Positions 19,475 to 27,358 of a stretch of DNA of 36,382 bases are shown here, in pieces. Origin of the DNA: a virus; the UHGV virus genome UHGV-0205584; one strand, given 5' to 3'. How positions within the stretch are numbered: position 1 is the first letter of the stretch; every line of letters begins with the position of its first letter. A model generated the notes under the pieces. It was given only the letters and a program-made list of their open reading frames with translations. It searched no databases and was not told the origin of the DNA. The translations under genes were made by a program, and so were the position numbers.

Positions 19475-20221
19475 ATGAGCGTAACTTACCTAGAAGTAAA
19501 TAATGATAAAAATCAAATTATCATTAACGATGAGTATAGGAATTTTAAATTACATAGTATTGTGCCAAAAGTTGTTGGCTTGTACTTTAATACCCGTGTT
19601 GCGATTGACGATAATGGGAGAATGTTCTTGAACTTTATTAAGCCCGTTAATGAAGATTGTGTTATCGCCTCAGCATTTGGGCGCCAAATATGTATGGTAT
19701 ACCCTCATTATAGGCGATTTGTGTATCCTAGTGCGTTGCCGCCAGAGCCGTCTGGAGTTGATTGCTACTTATTCGATAACTATACGCCGATGAACGTCAC
19801 AAAAGTTAGAGCAGGATTACGAATAGCCAACGAGCAAGGTCAAATACTATTTGATTCAGAGTACCCAGCGTTACGCTTACTTGATTATATTGATATAGAT
19901 ATAAATGACTGTAAGCCATGGCAAAAACCAGATGATGAGCGTTATATAAAATTTGGCAATGATATATTAACTCGTTCGTACAATGTCAAATCTATTGCTG
20001 TTTGTTTACTCAATTCACCACCATCGCCGTTCGGGCCGTCATATGGTGCAAATTCAGCGGAATATCTTGGGTACGGCGTATCTATCAAAGGTGGAAATAC
20101 ATTAACTTTAGGCGCGACATGGCAAACTGGCATAATCACGCCAAATAGATTAGCAGACGCTGGCGTCGATTCCCGTCTAAGGTTGTTAGTCGCTGACGTG
20201 AGCGACCTAAAGAAACCATAA
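19475..20221 (+). CDS. Tail-tip accessory / receptor-binding protein
   Basis: YLEVNND..QIIIND and AGLRIANEQGQILFDS repeats typical of post-J proteins. Confidence 0.6.
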   Translation: MSVTYLEVNNDKNQIIINDEYRNFKLHSIVPKVVGLYFNTRVAIDDNGRMFLNFIKPVNEDCVIASAFGRQICMVYPHYRRFVYPSALPPEPSGVDCYLFDNYTPMNVTKVRAGLRIANEQGQILFDSEYPALRLLDYIDIDINDCKPWQKPDDERYIKFGNDILTRSYNVKSIAVCLLNSPPSPFGPSYGANSAEYLGYGVSIKGGNTLTLGATWQTGIITPNRLADAGVDSRLRLLVADVSDLKKP

Positions 20222-20243
20222 TTCAATATAAATGAGGTGTAAA

Positions 20244-20564
20244 ATGAACTTTATCAGAAACGAGCCAGAAACATTACACATCGGCGCTGATTATCGTAGA
20301 GGTTACGAGGTCAGTGCCGATTTTGATTTAACTGACTGCACGGCGGTCATGAAAGTGCGTAGCATGCAGGGCAAGCTATTGGCCAATGCTGAATGTGTGG
20401 TTCACGAGAATATTATTTACTGCACAATCACAGCCGAGGCAACTAAGAACATAGGCCGCAACTATAGGAGCGGTCAATATGATGTGTTCCTTATTCATGG
20501 GAACGAGACCACTAAAATCGTAATGGGTGATATGAAATTCATTCATGATATTTCAGCACATTAG
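20244..20564 (+). CDS. Baseplate/tail fibre adaptor protein
   Basis: [12 protein letters not shown] and GQYDV motifs; ATG after GAGGTG. Confidence 0.6.
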   Translation: MNFIRNEPETLHIGADYRRGYEVSADFDLTDCTAVMKVRSMQGKLLANAECVVHENIIYCTITAEATKNIGRNYRSGQYDVFLIHGNETTKIVMGDMKFIHDISAH

Positions 20565-20575
20565 GGGGTGCAATT

Positions 20576-21487
20576 ATGGAAGATACAAATAACTTTGAAT
20601 TAATAAACATTCAAGCAAGGGTTCCGAAAGTGATTGATATTGTAATTCCCGGGGCGAAAGGAGTACAAGGTAATAAAGGCGATAAAGGTGATAAGGGCGA
20701 CCCATTCACCTATGCCGATTTCACCGCCGAACAGTTGGCTAACTTGAAAGGCCCTAAAGGTGATGATGGCAATGGGCTGGATGTAACATCATTAACGAAT
20801 GCATTAAAAGGAATAGGATTAATGCCTACAGGTAGTGATGTCTATCAATTAATTACTAATGCGTTAATTGATGTTAGAAATGGTGCTGATATTGGTGGTT
20901 TGAATTATTGGGGGCAAAAGAATTTCACAGATTTCTTTACTCCATTAAGTGTAGGCGATACTAAATTACAAGGTTCAATTCCTACAGGCTTTTATACAAG
21001 CGTTAATGGTCAAGACAAGCGACAATGGGGTGGCAATAAACCAAAAAATGCTGCTCATATTGAAATTCCAACAGGTGTAGAAAACTTTACTGTTGAATTG
21101 TATCTACCAAACGAAGAAAAGATATGTTCCTTTGTAGTATCTGTTCCACAAGCACCAAAATATACGGCTCCTAATCCACCATCTGGAATGACAATGATTT
21201 CTGAATACACAGACAGTAATAATGTAAAATGGACTGTCTATGATGCGTATGATGAATTCGATGGTCATACACAAACTGCATATTGTGATATTAGTAATAT
21301 TTATAATAATGCTAACTATAACACCTTATCGGTAAACAACGCCTCTAATTTACGAAGAATTGTAATGTATACAACTAAGCCTGTTACAGTTTGGACGGAT
21401 TCGGGAATTAAAGCTCCTACAGGGGCTACACTTGAATACCACAATAAAGACCTCATTACTATCAATATAGCCGTTGATGACCTATAA
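20576..21487 (+). CDS. Tail fibre/receptor-binding protein with collagen-like repeats
   Basis: GxK/GDK triplets and [18 protein letters not shown] motif; AT-rich C-terminal part. Confidence 0.7.
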   Translation: MEDTNNFELINIQARVPKVIDIVIPGAKGVQGNKGDKGDKGDPFTYADFTAEQLANLKGPKGDDGNGLDVTSLTNALKGIGLMPTGSDVYQLITNALIDVRNGADIGGLNYWGQKNFTDFFTPLSVGDTKLQGSIPTGFYTSVNGQDKRQWGGNKPKNAAHIEIPTGVENFTVELYLPNEEKICSFVVSVPQAPKYTAPNPPSGMTMISEYTDSNNVKWTVYDAYDEFDGHTQTAYCDISNIYNNANYNTLSVNNASNLRRIVMYTTKPVTVWTDSGIKAPTGATLEYHNKDLITINIAVDDL

Positions 21488-21498
21488 GAGGTGAATAC

Positions 21499-22029
21499 AT
21501 GCAAGAATTAACGAATTTCATGGGCGAGGCGTGGCGGACGTTGACGGATTCGTTCGTATTAAAGGCCTTGCTTGCCGTCATCGCCGATGTGGCGATATAT
21601 ATGATTGGCTTAAAACATGTGCAGGTGCTAGGAATATTTATATTACTGGTATTCCTAGACCTCATCACGAAATGGGCAGCTATATCGTATCAAATGCTTA
21701 TTGATATGGGGGCAAATGCTGACAATCTAACGGCATTAGACAAATATATAGCCATTCCAGCTGCATGGGGTAAGGGGCTTATATCCTCAAAGCATATGCG
21801 TAAGCCTTTCGTTACAAAAGTTTTAACATATTGCCTAGCCACAGGCGCCGCATGGTGCTTTGACTGCATGGCAGGTCAATACGCTTTTGCCGTCAATATC
21901 GTATGGCTGTATCTCGGCTCGGTTGAATTGTTGAGCATACTCGAGAACATGCGAGACGGTGGAAATACTACCATATCGGGCTTGCTGGACGTGGTTCATG
22001 CAAGAGTAGATATGATTTTGAAAAAATAA
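21499..22029 (+). CDS. Holin (phage holin 4_1-like)
   Basis: Several TM segments; LVFLDLIT, ISSK.MR, ELLSILEN motifs. Confidence 0.85.
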   Translation: MQELTNFMGEAWRTLTDSFVLKALLAVIADVAIYMIGLKHVQVLGIFILLVFLDLITKWAAISYQMLIDMGANADNLTALDKYIAIPAAWGKGLISSKHMRKPFVTKVLTYCLATGAAWCFDCMAGQYAFAVNIVWLYLGSVELLSILENMRDGGNTTISGLLDVVHARVDMILKK

Positions 22030-22044
22030 TATAGTGTTGTTTGT

Positions 22045-22075
22045 GCCACGCTCACGATATATGGGCGTGGCTTTT
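22045..22075 (+). terminator. Terminator-like hairpin between holin and endolysin
   Basis: GCCACGCTCA/TGGGCGTGGC stem followed by TTTT. Confidence 0.65.
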
Positions 22076-22148
22076 GTATTTGAAAACTAGAAATAACGAT
22101 AAAAGCACTATTAAATTATCGTTAAAAGCAGAAACAGAGGTGCATATA

Positions 22149-22538
22149 ATGAAAATTGGTACATATTTCGATGATTACGAATTCGCTTGTAAATGTGGCC
22201 GTCATGGATACGATAGCGACGGACACCCTATTCTCGACCATGTGATTGATAAAAGGCTCGTTGATGTATTGGACGCTATCCGCGAACGTATCGGCCAACC
22301 TATTGAGGTGTTGAGCGGTTATCGTTGCCCTATCCATAATGAGGAAGTAGGGGGCGTGGCAGATTCTCAACATGTAGTAGGTACAGCGGCCGATATTACT
22401 TATGACGGCATTAACGTTGACTACCTCGCCGAAGTGGCCGAGGAATGTGGTGCCGACGGCATTGGGCGATATTATAATCAAGATTTCGTCCATGTTGACG
22501 TGAGGGGCTGGGCCGCTCGTTGGACAGACCAAGACTAA
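22149..22538 (+). CDS. Endolysin, peptidase M15 family
   Basis: EFACKCG, SGYRC..HN..VGG...SQH..G.AADI, FVHVDVRG motifs; ATG 22149 after GAGGTG. Confidence 0.9.
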   Translation: MKIGTYFDDYEFACKCGRHGYDSDGHPILDHVIDKRLVDVLDAIRERIGQPIEVLSGYRCPIHNEEVGGVADSQHVVGTAADITYDGINVDYLAEVAEECGADGIGRYYNQDFVHVDVRGWAARWTDQD

Positions 22539-22553
22539 TATAGGGGGCGTGTG

Positions 22554-23015
22554 ATGTATGAAATTATCAAAAACAAAATTGTACATGCGGTTACTATTCG
22601 GCGCGTTGTTTATGGTGTTATTGGCATTTTGCTCATCTATCTCATTGGCAGCCTCGCCAGCGGATACTTTGAAACAAGAGCCGACTATAAACGTACCTTT
22701 GAGCAGTTGGAACGAACTCAAAGGGCGCTTGATGAAAGCAGAAAGCTCAATCAACAACTCAAAGCAAGCATTGCAGCAAGCCAACAGCTTAACAGCGACG
22801 CAGGGCGACGAATTGAGCAGGCTCAAGACTATCAACGAGAAACAAGGGCAGGAATTGAGCAACTTGAAACAAATCAACGAGAAACAAGCGCAAGAATTGG
22901 CGAAAGCCTCGAACATCTCGACGCAGCAAGAGGAGAAATTGGAAGAGGCCTCGAACTCATTGAGCGAATTGAAAGAGCAAATCAAACGCAACAAACGAAC
23001 AGAGCAACGCCTTAA
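22554..23015 (+). CDS. Spanin-like protein A (N-terminal TM + coiled coil)
   Basis: VVYGVIGILLIYLIGSLA TM followed by heptad-rich region; follows endolysin. Confidence 0.6.
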   Translation: MYEIIKNKIVHAVTIRRVVYGVIGILLIYLIGSLASGYFETRADYKRTFEQLERTQRALDESRKLNQQLKASIAASQQLNSDAGRRIEQAQDYQRETRAGIEQLETNQRETSARIGESLEHLDAARGEIGRGLELIERIERANQTQQTNRATP

Positions 23016-23079
23016 ACGGCAACGCACAATATGGGGCGTAGTGGCTGGCGTGGTTACAGTTGCGGCAGCTGTTAAATAA
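22558..23079 (+). CDS. Spanin-like protein B (signal peptide, coiled coil, C-terminal TM), overlapping A in the +1 frame
   Basis: N-terminal signal ..LFMVLLAFCSSISLA, long heptads, C-terminal IWGVVAGVVTVAAAVK. Confidence 0.7.
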   Translation: MKLSKTKLYMRLLFGALFMVLLAFCSSISLAASPADTLKQEPTINVPLSSWNELKGRLMKAESSINNSKQALQQANSLTATQGDELSRLKTINEKQGQELSNLKQINEKQAQELAKASNISTQQEEKLEEASNSLSELKEQIKRNKRTEQRLKRQRTIWGVVAGVVTVAAAVK

Positions 23080-23184
23080 TGCGGGGGTGGTCCTATTATC
23101 TCCCTACCATACGAGGGCGGACGTATGGGAACTTGTTCCAAAATGGAACGAGTTATAAAGAATTAGTTTATAGCTGAAACGCAT
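23079..23184 (+). ncRNA. Candidate multibranch structured RNA downstream of lysis genes
   Basis: Stems 23107-13/23122-28 and 23130-40/23144-54, closing ATGCG/CGCAT, possible loop pairing GTCCT/AGGGC. Confidence 0.4.
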
Positions 23185-23185
23185 A

Positions 23186-23239
23186 AAGGCCTATCGTGGT
23201 AGTATTTTACAGAACTATCGCGGTAGGCTTTTTTATTTT
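23186..23239 (+). terminator. Late-operon intrinsic terminator
   Basis: ~18-bp G-U-rich stem AAGGCCTATCGTGGTAGT/ACTATCGCGGTAGGCTTT followed by T-tract. Confidence 0.8.
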
Positions 23240-23248
23240 GCCTATTTT

Positions 23249-23320
23249 CAAAAGAATATCAAAAGAATATAGAAAATCGTCAAAAGATTATCAAAAGAAT
23301 GGCAAAAGATTGCAAATAAA
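23249..23320 (+). repeat. Phased ~11-bp repeats CAAAAGA(A/T)T
   Basis: Copies at 23249, 23260, 23281, 23292, 23303; degenerate units at 23271 and 23313. Confidence 0.8.
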
Positions 23321-23322
23321 CC

Positions 23323-23367
23323 CTTGCATATATCTTGAATATATGATATTATATAATCAAAGGTAAG
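23323..23367 (+). promoter_or_regulatory. sigma70 promoter/operator, copy 1
   Basis: TTGCAT-17-TATTAT with extended TG; imperfect palindrome TTGAATATATG-N4-TATATAATCAA. Confidence 0.75.
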
Positions 23368-23411
23368 GCAATGAGACTTACCAGTTGTTAAAAGAAAGGA
23401 AACCACACACC

Positions 23412-23684
23412 ATGAAAATTTTAATGACAGAAGATTTCACAGCAACATTACAAGACAATCAAAAAGATTTCTTGAAACTCATGTTTGACGGCGCACTAAG
23501 CGCAGCACATTCAGCGGCTGCACAATATCGAGTATATAAAGACGAAATCGACAAACTTGATTTTGTAGCCAACATGAAAGCAACGTTCAATTATCAAAAT
23601 CTTGGCGGTATTGAATCGAATCCGCTACTTGATGACTTAACTGAAATGTATTCAAATATCATGAATGCAGCTGCTGACAGATAA
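23412..23684 (+). CDS. Accessory hypothetical protein (90 aa), candidate anti-defence protein
   Basis: ATG 23412 follows the GAAAGGAAACCACACA RBS motif; has its own promoter. Confidence 0.75.
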   Translation: MKILMTEDFTATLQDNQKDFLKLMFDGALSAAHSAAAQYRVYKDEIDKLDFVANMKATFNYQNLGGIESNPLLDDLTEMYSNIMNAAADR

Positions 23685-23692
23685 TAAAATAA

Positions 23693-23711
23693 GGCCCCTA
23701 CTATAGGGGTC
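23693..23711. terminator. Small GC hairpin flanked by A-rich tracts
   Basis: GGCCCCTA-cta-TAGGGGTC; U-tract only when read on the minus strand. Confidence 0.45.
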
Positions 23712-23753
23712 AATAAAATAATACATTATATACATTCAAGAGGAGACAATACT

Positions 23754-23948
23754 ATGAGTAATAAAAACCAATGGGGCGGCGCTCGTAAAGGAGCGGGGGC
23801 GCCTGTTACAGTTGGCGAAGAGGGACGCCGTAAACCTCGGGCCATTCAAATGAACAACGATGAATATGCAGCCCTAAAAACTGCAGCAGAAAAAGCAGGA
23901 ATGAGCATATCGGAATATGCAAGAAAAAAGATTTTTGAAGATTTATAA
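23754..23948 (+). CDS. Small ribbon-helix-helix-like DNA-binding protein
   Basis: WGGARKGAG N-terminal motif, then RAIQMNNDEYAALKTAAEKAGMSISEYARKK. Confidence 0.75.
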   Translation: MSNKNQWGGARKGAGAPVTVGEEGRRKPRAIQMNNDEYAALKTAAEKAGMSISEYARKKIFEDL

Positions 23949-23954
23949 AAAGTA

Positions 23955-23999
23955 CTTGCATTCTATTTGATTATATGTTATCATATAATCAAAGGTAAG
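23955..23999 (+). promoter_or_regulatory. sigma70 promoter/operator, copy 2
   Basis: TTGCAT-17-TATCAT with extended TG; perfect palindrome TTGATTATATG-N4-CATATAATCAA at 23967-23992. Confidence 0.75.
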
Positions 24000-24029
24000 A
24001 CATAATAGTAATGAAAGGGGATTACAATC

Positions 24030-24347
24030 ATGTTAGAAATTATCAACCAATACGCACCAGTAAAAAAACACCTTGCAACAGTCGAAACACCTTACGAGGC
24101 ACTATCTTATATCGTTGATTTATCCGCAAACACTATGGACGTGGACACCATTATAGATGACCCAGAAAGCGGCTTGATTGAAGATATGCCCGAACTCATC
24201 GAGCAAGTAAAGAATGGCCTTGAAGTGTTGATGAACGCCGACGGCGAATATGCTGTATTTAACCCTAAAGAATTAACAGTTGATACAGTCAACACATTAC
24301 TCTATGATGTGCGCATGAGTGATTATAAGGTTATCGAGGTAGAATAA
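24030..24347 (+). CDS. Acidic accessory protein (105 aa), candidate anti-defence protein
   Basis: Very D/E-rich; own promoter; SD GAAAGGGG; 3' end overlaps integrase 3' end. Confidence 0.75.
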   Translation: MLEIINQYAPVKKHLATVETPYEALSYIVDLSANTMDVDTIIDDPESGLIEDMPELIEQVKNGLEVLMNADGEYAVFNPKELTVDTVNTLLYDVRMSDYKVIEVE

Positions 24348-25887
24348 GGCGTATAGGGTAAAGCGAGCCGCCTATATAAAAGTGGTTCGCTTTATTGTAT
24401 GAGTTGCCCACCAATATGCTAAAATGCGAACCGCTTGCAGATTGCTCAGAGAATTCTGGCAATTCACTCTTATAATTAAATACGATTTCAACCCTATCAC
24501 TATGTATGGTTACGTTTTTGATAAAAGTATCGAGAATACGCGAACGGCCTGCTTTTGTGGTAGGGTTTTCGTTTGCCATTCTTTCAAGAAAATACTCTAT
24601 ATGTTCGGCTGTAAATTTGATAGGTGAGATTATACTTTCATGGTTCGCTTTTTGCTCGAGTAGGTTTTGACGTTCTTTTTCTAGGTTTTCAATTTCGGCT
24701 TTTAAACGCTCATTAATAAAACCCTGTTTAATGGCCGTCATACAATTATTTAATTCTGTATCAATAGCTTTAATTTTCCCCTGTAAGCCCTGTATGGCCG
24801 TTTTAGCCTCTTGGGCGGTATGATTATATCCATTCATTACTAAATCGACTATACGAGCGATAATTTGGGGTTGTTTTAGGATTTCAAGCGTTCTATTTAT
24901 GACTAAATCTTCTAACTCATCGCGGCGTATGTTTGGCGCGCTGCATGTGTGATATTTGCGGCGGTTGGTGCATACATAATAATGATGTTTCTCGCCGTTG
25001 CGTGATGTAGCAGTAGACCCCATATAATGCCCGCCACATTGGCCGCATATCAAGCGACCACATAAATTATACATTTCACTTCTCCGTCCTTTATTCTTAA
25101 TTCTAGTAGGTAGTATCCGCTGCACCTCATCGAATACATCACGGGCGATAATAGGCGGGATAGAATCCTCGATTCTAATATCGCCCCATTGATACACGCC
25201 GATATATTTCTCATTGCTCAATATATTGCGTATGACGCTGTACGAAATCTTGCCGCCTCGTTTAGTTGTATATCCTTTACTATGCAAAATATCCGCTATT
25301 TTAGCCAGTGAGTACTGTTTTAAATATAGGCTATATATTAACCTTACCGCCTTGGCCTCGTGAGCATTCACGGCTAAATGGTGGCTTTCTGTAAGGTCAT
25401 AACCTAGAGGAACGGCCGAGCCGTTCATCTTGCCTTTAAGGGCGTTTTCAGTCATGCCGCGCTTGACCTTTTGCGATAGCTCTACAGAATAATATTCAGC
25501 CATACCCTCGAGCATGCTTTCTAAAATGATACCCGCAGGCTCGTTGGTGATGTGTTCCTTGGCACTTAACACTCTAACCCCATTACGGCGTAATATGCCC
25601 TTATATTTGGCGCTATCCTCACGGCTACGGCTGAATCTATCTAATTGATACACTATTACATAATTAAATGTTTGATTCGCGCTATCACGAATCATCTGTA
25701 AGAATTCTGGGCGGTTATCCGTTCGCGCCGATAAAGCCCTATCTGTATATATTTTAGTAATAAGAATTCCCTCACGTTGAGCGTATTCGGTGCATTCCCG
25801 TATTTGCCCCTCTATGGATTCGTCCCGTTGCTTATCGGACGAGTAGCGTGCATATATCACGCCTGTTTGTAAATCGGTATTATTCAT
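24331..25887 (-). CDS. int: Large serine recombinase (integrase), 518 aa
   Basis: YARYSS, LDRFSR catalytic domain, recombinase domain, CGQCG...YYVC...C zinc ribbon, coiled coil; start MNNTDLQ after GAAAGGAAATCACACA. Confidence 0.95.
   Translation of the reverse strand: MNNTDLQTGVIYARYSSDKQRDESIEGQIRECTEYAQREGILITKIYTDRALSARTDNRPEFLQMIRDSANQTFNYVIVYQLDRFSRSREDSAKYKGILRRNGVRVLSAKEHITNEPAGIILESMLEGMAEYYSVELSQKVKRGMTENALKGKMNGSAVPLGYDLTESHHLAVNAHEAKAVRLIYSLYLKQYSLAKIADILHSKGYTTKRGGKISYSVIRNILSNEKYIGVYQWGDIRIEDSIPPIIARDVFDEVQRILPTRIKNKGRRSEMYNLCGRLICGQCGGHYMGSTATSRNGEKHHYYVCTNRRKYHTCSAPNIRRDELEDLVINRTLEILKQPQIIARIVDLVMNGYNHTAQEAKTAIQGLQGKIKAIDTELNNCMTAIKQGFINERLKAEIENLEKERQNLLEQKANHESIISPIKFTAEHIEYFLERMANENPTTKAGRSRILDTFIKNVTIHSDRVEIVFNYKSELPEFSEQSASGSHFSILVGNSYNKANHFYIGGSLYPIRLILPR
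24380..24436. other. Candidate attP inside the 3' end of int
   Basis: Inverted repeat AAGTGGTTCGC...GCGAACCGCTT (GGTT..AACC span 49 bp) centred on GCCCACCA, a tRNA 3'-end-like sequence. Confidence 0.65.
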
Positions 25888-25918
25888 TGTGTGATTTCCT
25901 TTCAAATTGTATAAGTAT

Positions 25919-25944
25919 AGCCCCCTTGATAGGGGGCTTTTTTT
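25919..25944 (+). terminator. Plus-strand intrinsic terminator upstream of int (antisense orientation)
   Basis: AGCCCCCT-tgat-AGGGGGCT followed by a run of T. Confidence 0.75.
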
Positions 25945-26422
25945 ATTTCTTATGCTTACTATTATATTTTGCTTGCGCCTCGGCCATTTTGCCACTTTGA
26001 ACGGCGAAATTAAAAGCATATATTGCTGTTTTGTACTCGTCGGAACCCTCGACGATTGGAACTATAGGCGTAGGCGTGATTGTGCCACCTATCACATAAT
26101 CAGCGTTGCGCGCGAAGTTTGTCTCTCTATCTACTTGATAGAGTACGGCGTAAGGCTTGCCAGAGCCGTGCGGGTCAAGCACATAATGAAAATGGTTTAA
26201 CTTCCATGTAATATATGGCTTGCTTGTGTCATCTTGGCTGGTATATAAGAGTATTTCCACACTTCCGCCGTCATAATTCTTTACGTCTAAATCAGCCCGC
26301 ACGCTAACGTTTACGCCGTTGGCCGTAGTGTAAGCTGGTACAAATGGCGCGTTTGGATTATGTGCCATTACTGGAATTGATAAAAATGAGCATAATGCAG
26401 CCGCAATAATCAACTTTTTCAT
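25943..26422 (-). CDS. Secreted/periplasmic protein in lysogeny module (superinfection exclusion candidate)
   Basis: Signal peptide MKKLIIAAALCSFLSIPVMA; lies between repressor and integrase. Confidence 0.7.
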   Translation of the reverse strand: MKKLIIAAALCSFLSIPVMAHNPNAPFVPAYTTANGVNVSVRADLDVKNYDGGSVEILLYTSQDDTSKPYITWKLNHFHYVLDPHGSGKPYAVLYQVDRETNFARNADYVIGGTITPTPIVPIVEGSDEYKTAIYAFNFAVQSGKMAEAQAKYNSKHKK

Positions 26423-26445
26423 ACTAACCCCCTAATAATATATAT

Positions 26446-26973
26446 CTATTTCCCTTTCAAAAACGCCTCTATAAGTGCCTTAATGGTAGCCCTCTCATCA
26501 TCGGTGATGATGTGCTTGCCATAAGATAATACATTATCACGCTCAAGAATAACCTTTAAATTAATCCCGTCGGAACTCTCTATATTTAGCAATGTAGAGG
26601 GTTCCTTTTTTAATTGCGGTATTTCAAGCTGCTGGATAACGTCTTTTTTCAAAGCACACGCTACATACAAATCGTCAATAGCATCGTCATCATACATGGA
26701 TAAGTCAATATCAGCGCCGCATTGATGAATGAAGTCTATTTTTTGTTGACGCATGGCGTCGAAACCCTCAACCTCACCAGTTAAGTAATACACAGATACA
26801 CCAAAATAGTCGGCTATTGCCTTTAATTTATCCAATTTAGGAGATGAGCGGCCTTTCTTCCAATCTGTAAGTGATGCGGTGGATATTCCTGTATCCTTTC
26901 CAAGCTTGTAAGCGCTGATGTTTTCTCGGTTTAGCAAGCTTTCTATTCGTTTCCAAACAATTTTTTTATTCAT
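26446..26973 (-). CDS. CI-like repressor (XRE HTH)
   Basis: ISAYKLGKDTGISTASLTDWKKGRSSPKLDKLKAIADYFGVSVYYL; divergent from cro-like gene. Confidence 0.9.
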   Translation of the reverse strand: MNKKIVWKRIESLLNRENISAYKLGKDTGISTASLTDWKKGRSSPKLDKLKAIADYFGVSVYYLTGEVEGFDAMRQQKIDFIHQCGADIDLSMYDDDAIDDLYVACALKKDVIQQLEIPQLKKEPSTLLNIESSDGINLKVILERDNVLSYGKHIITDDERATIKALIEAFLKGK

Positions 26974-27010
26974 TGTTGATTTCCTATTTAAATTTTTTAC
27001 AAACGCTTAA

Positions 27011-27106
27011 TTGGACTAACTCGTAAATGTGAGATATTATGTAATCACAAGGTAGCTAACAAATACGAGATAAACTAACAAATACATAAATTCGTATTTA
27101 TTAGCT
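27011..27106. promoter_or_regulatory. Genetic switch: operators (CTCGT-AWWT-GTKAG-like) and rightward promoter
   Basis: Sites at 27020-33, 27056-69 (reverse), 27075-88 (partial), 27091-104; TGGACT-17-TATTAT at 27012-27040. Confidence 0.6.
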
Positions 27107-27156
27107 AACATATATTAATTAATTCCAATATATCAGAAAAGAGGTGATTTTACAAC

Positions 27157-27339
27157 ATGTATGAAAAAATCGACAAGCTATTAAAAGATAACAACATTAC
27201 ACCTTATAGAATGTGCAAGGTGCTTGGGATTAAGACGTCATCTATGACGGCATGGAAACAGGGCAAATATAAGCCGAGCGTCGACAACTTGAAAAAGATT
27301 GCTGATTTCTTTGGGACTACTATTGATTATTTTTTATAG
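27157..27339 (+). CDS. Cro-like repressor (XRE HTH)
   Basis: 60-aa HTH, WKQGKYKPSVDNLKKIADFFG; SD GAGGTG. Confidence 0.9.
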   Translation: MYEKIDKLLKDNNITPYRMCKVLGIKTSSMTAWKQGKYKPSVDNLKKIADFFGTTIDYFL

Positions 27340-27358
27340 GTAGAAAGGAAACCACACA

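Noticed and set aside
19081..21487. Diversity-generating retroelement or invertible tail-fibre cassette
   Set aside because: No reverse transcriptase, no TR/VR repeat pair noticed, no invertase or inverted fibre segments
22122..23141. 339-aa minus-strand ORF
   Set aside because: Antisense shadow of the doubly coding lysis region; no SD and no recognisable protein features
23081..23160. tRNA or known self-cleaving ribozyme (starts GCGGGGGTGG)
   Set aside because: No T-arm GTTC(G/A)A, cloverleaf or CCA end; no hammerhead CUGANGA core; no HDV topology that I could fit
23249..23320. Mini CRISPR array
   Set aside because: Units are ~11 bp and adjacent, with no spacers and no cas genes
25888..26019. 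44-aa N-terminal extension of integrase in the ORF track
   Set aside because: Overlaps the upstream gene and a terminator; the SD precedes ATG 25887
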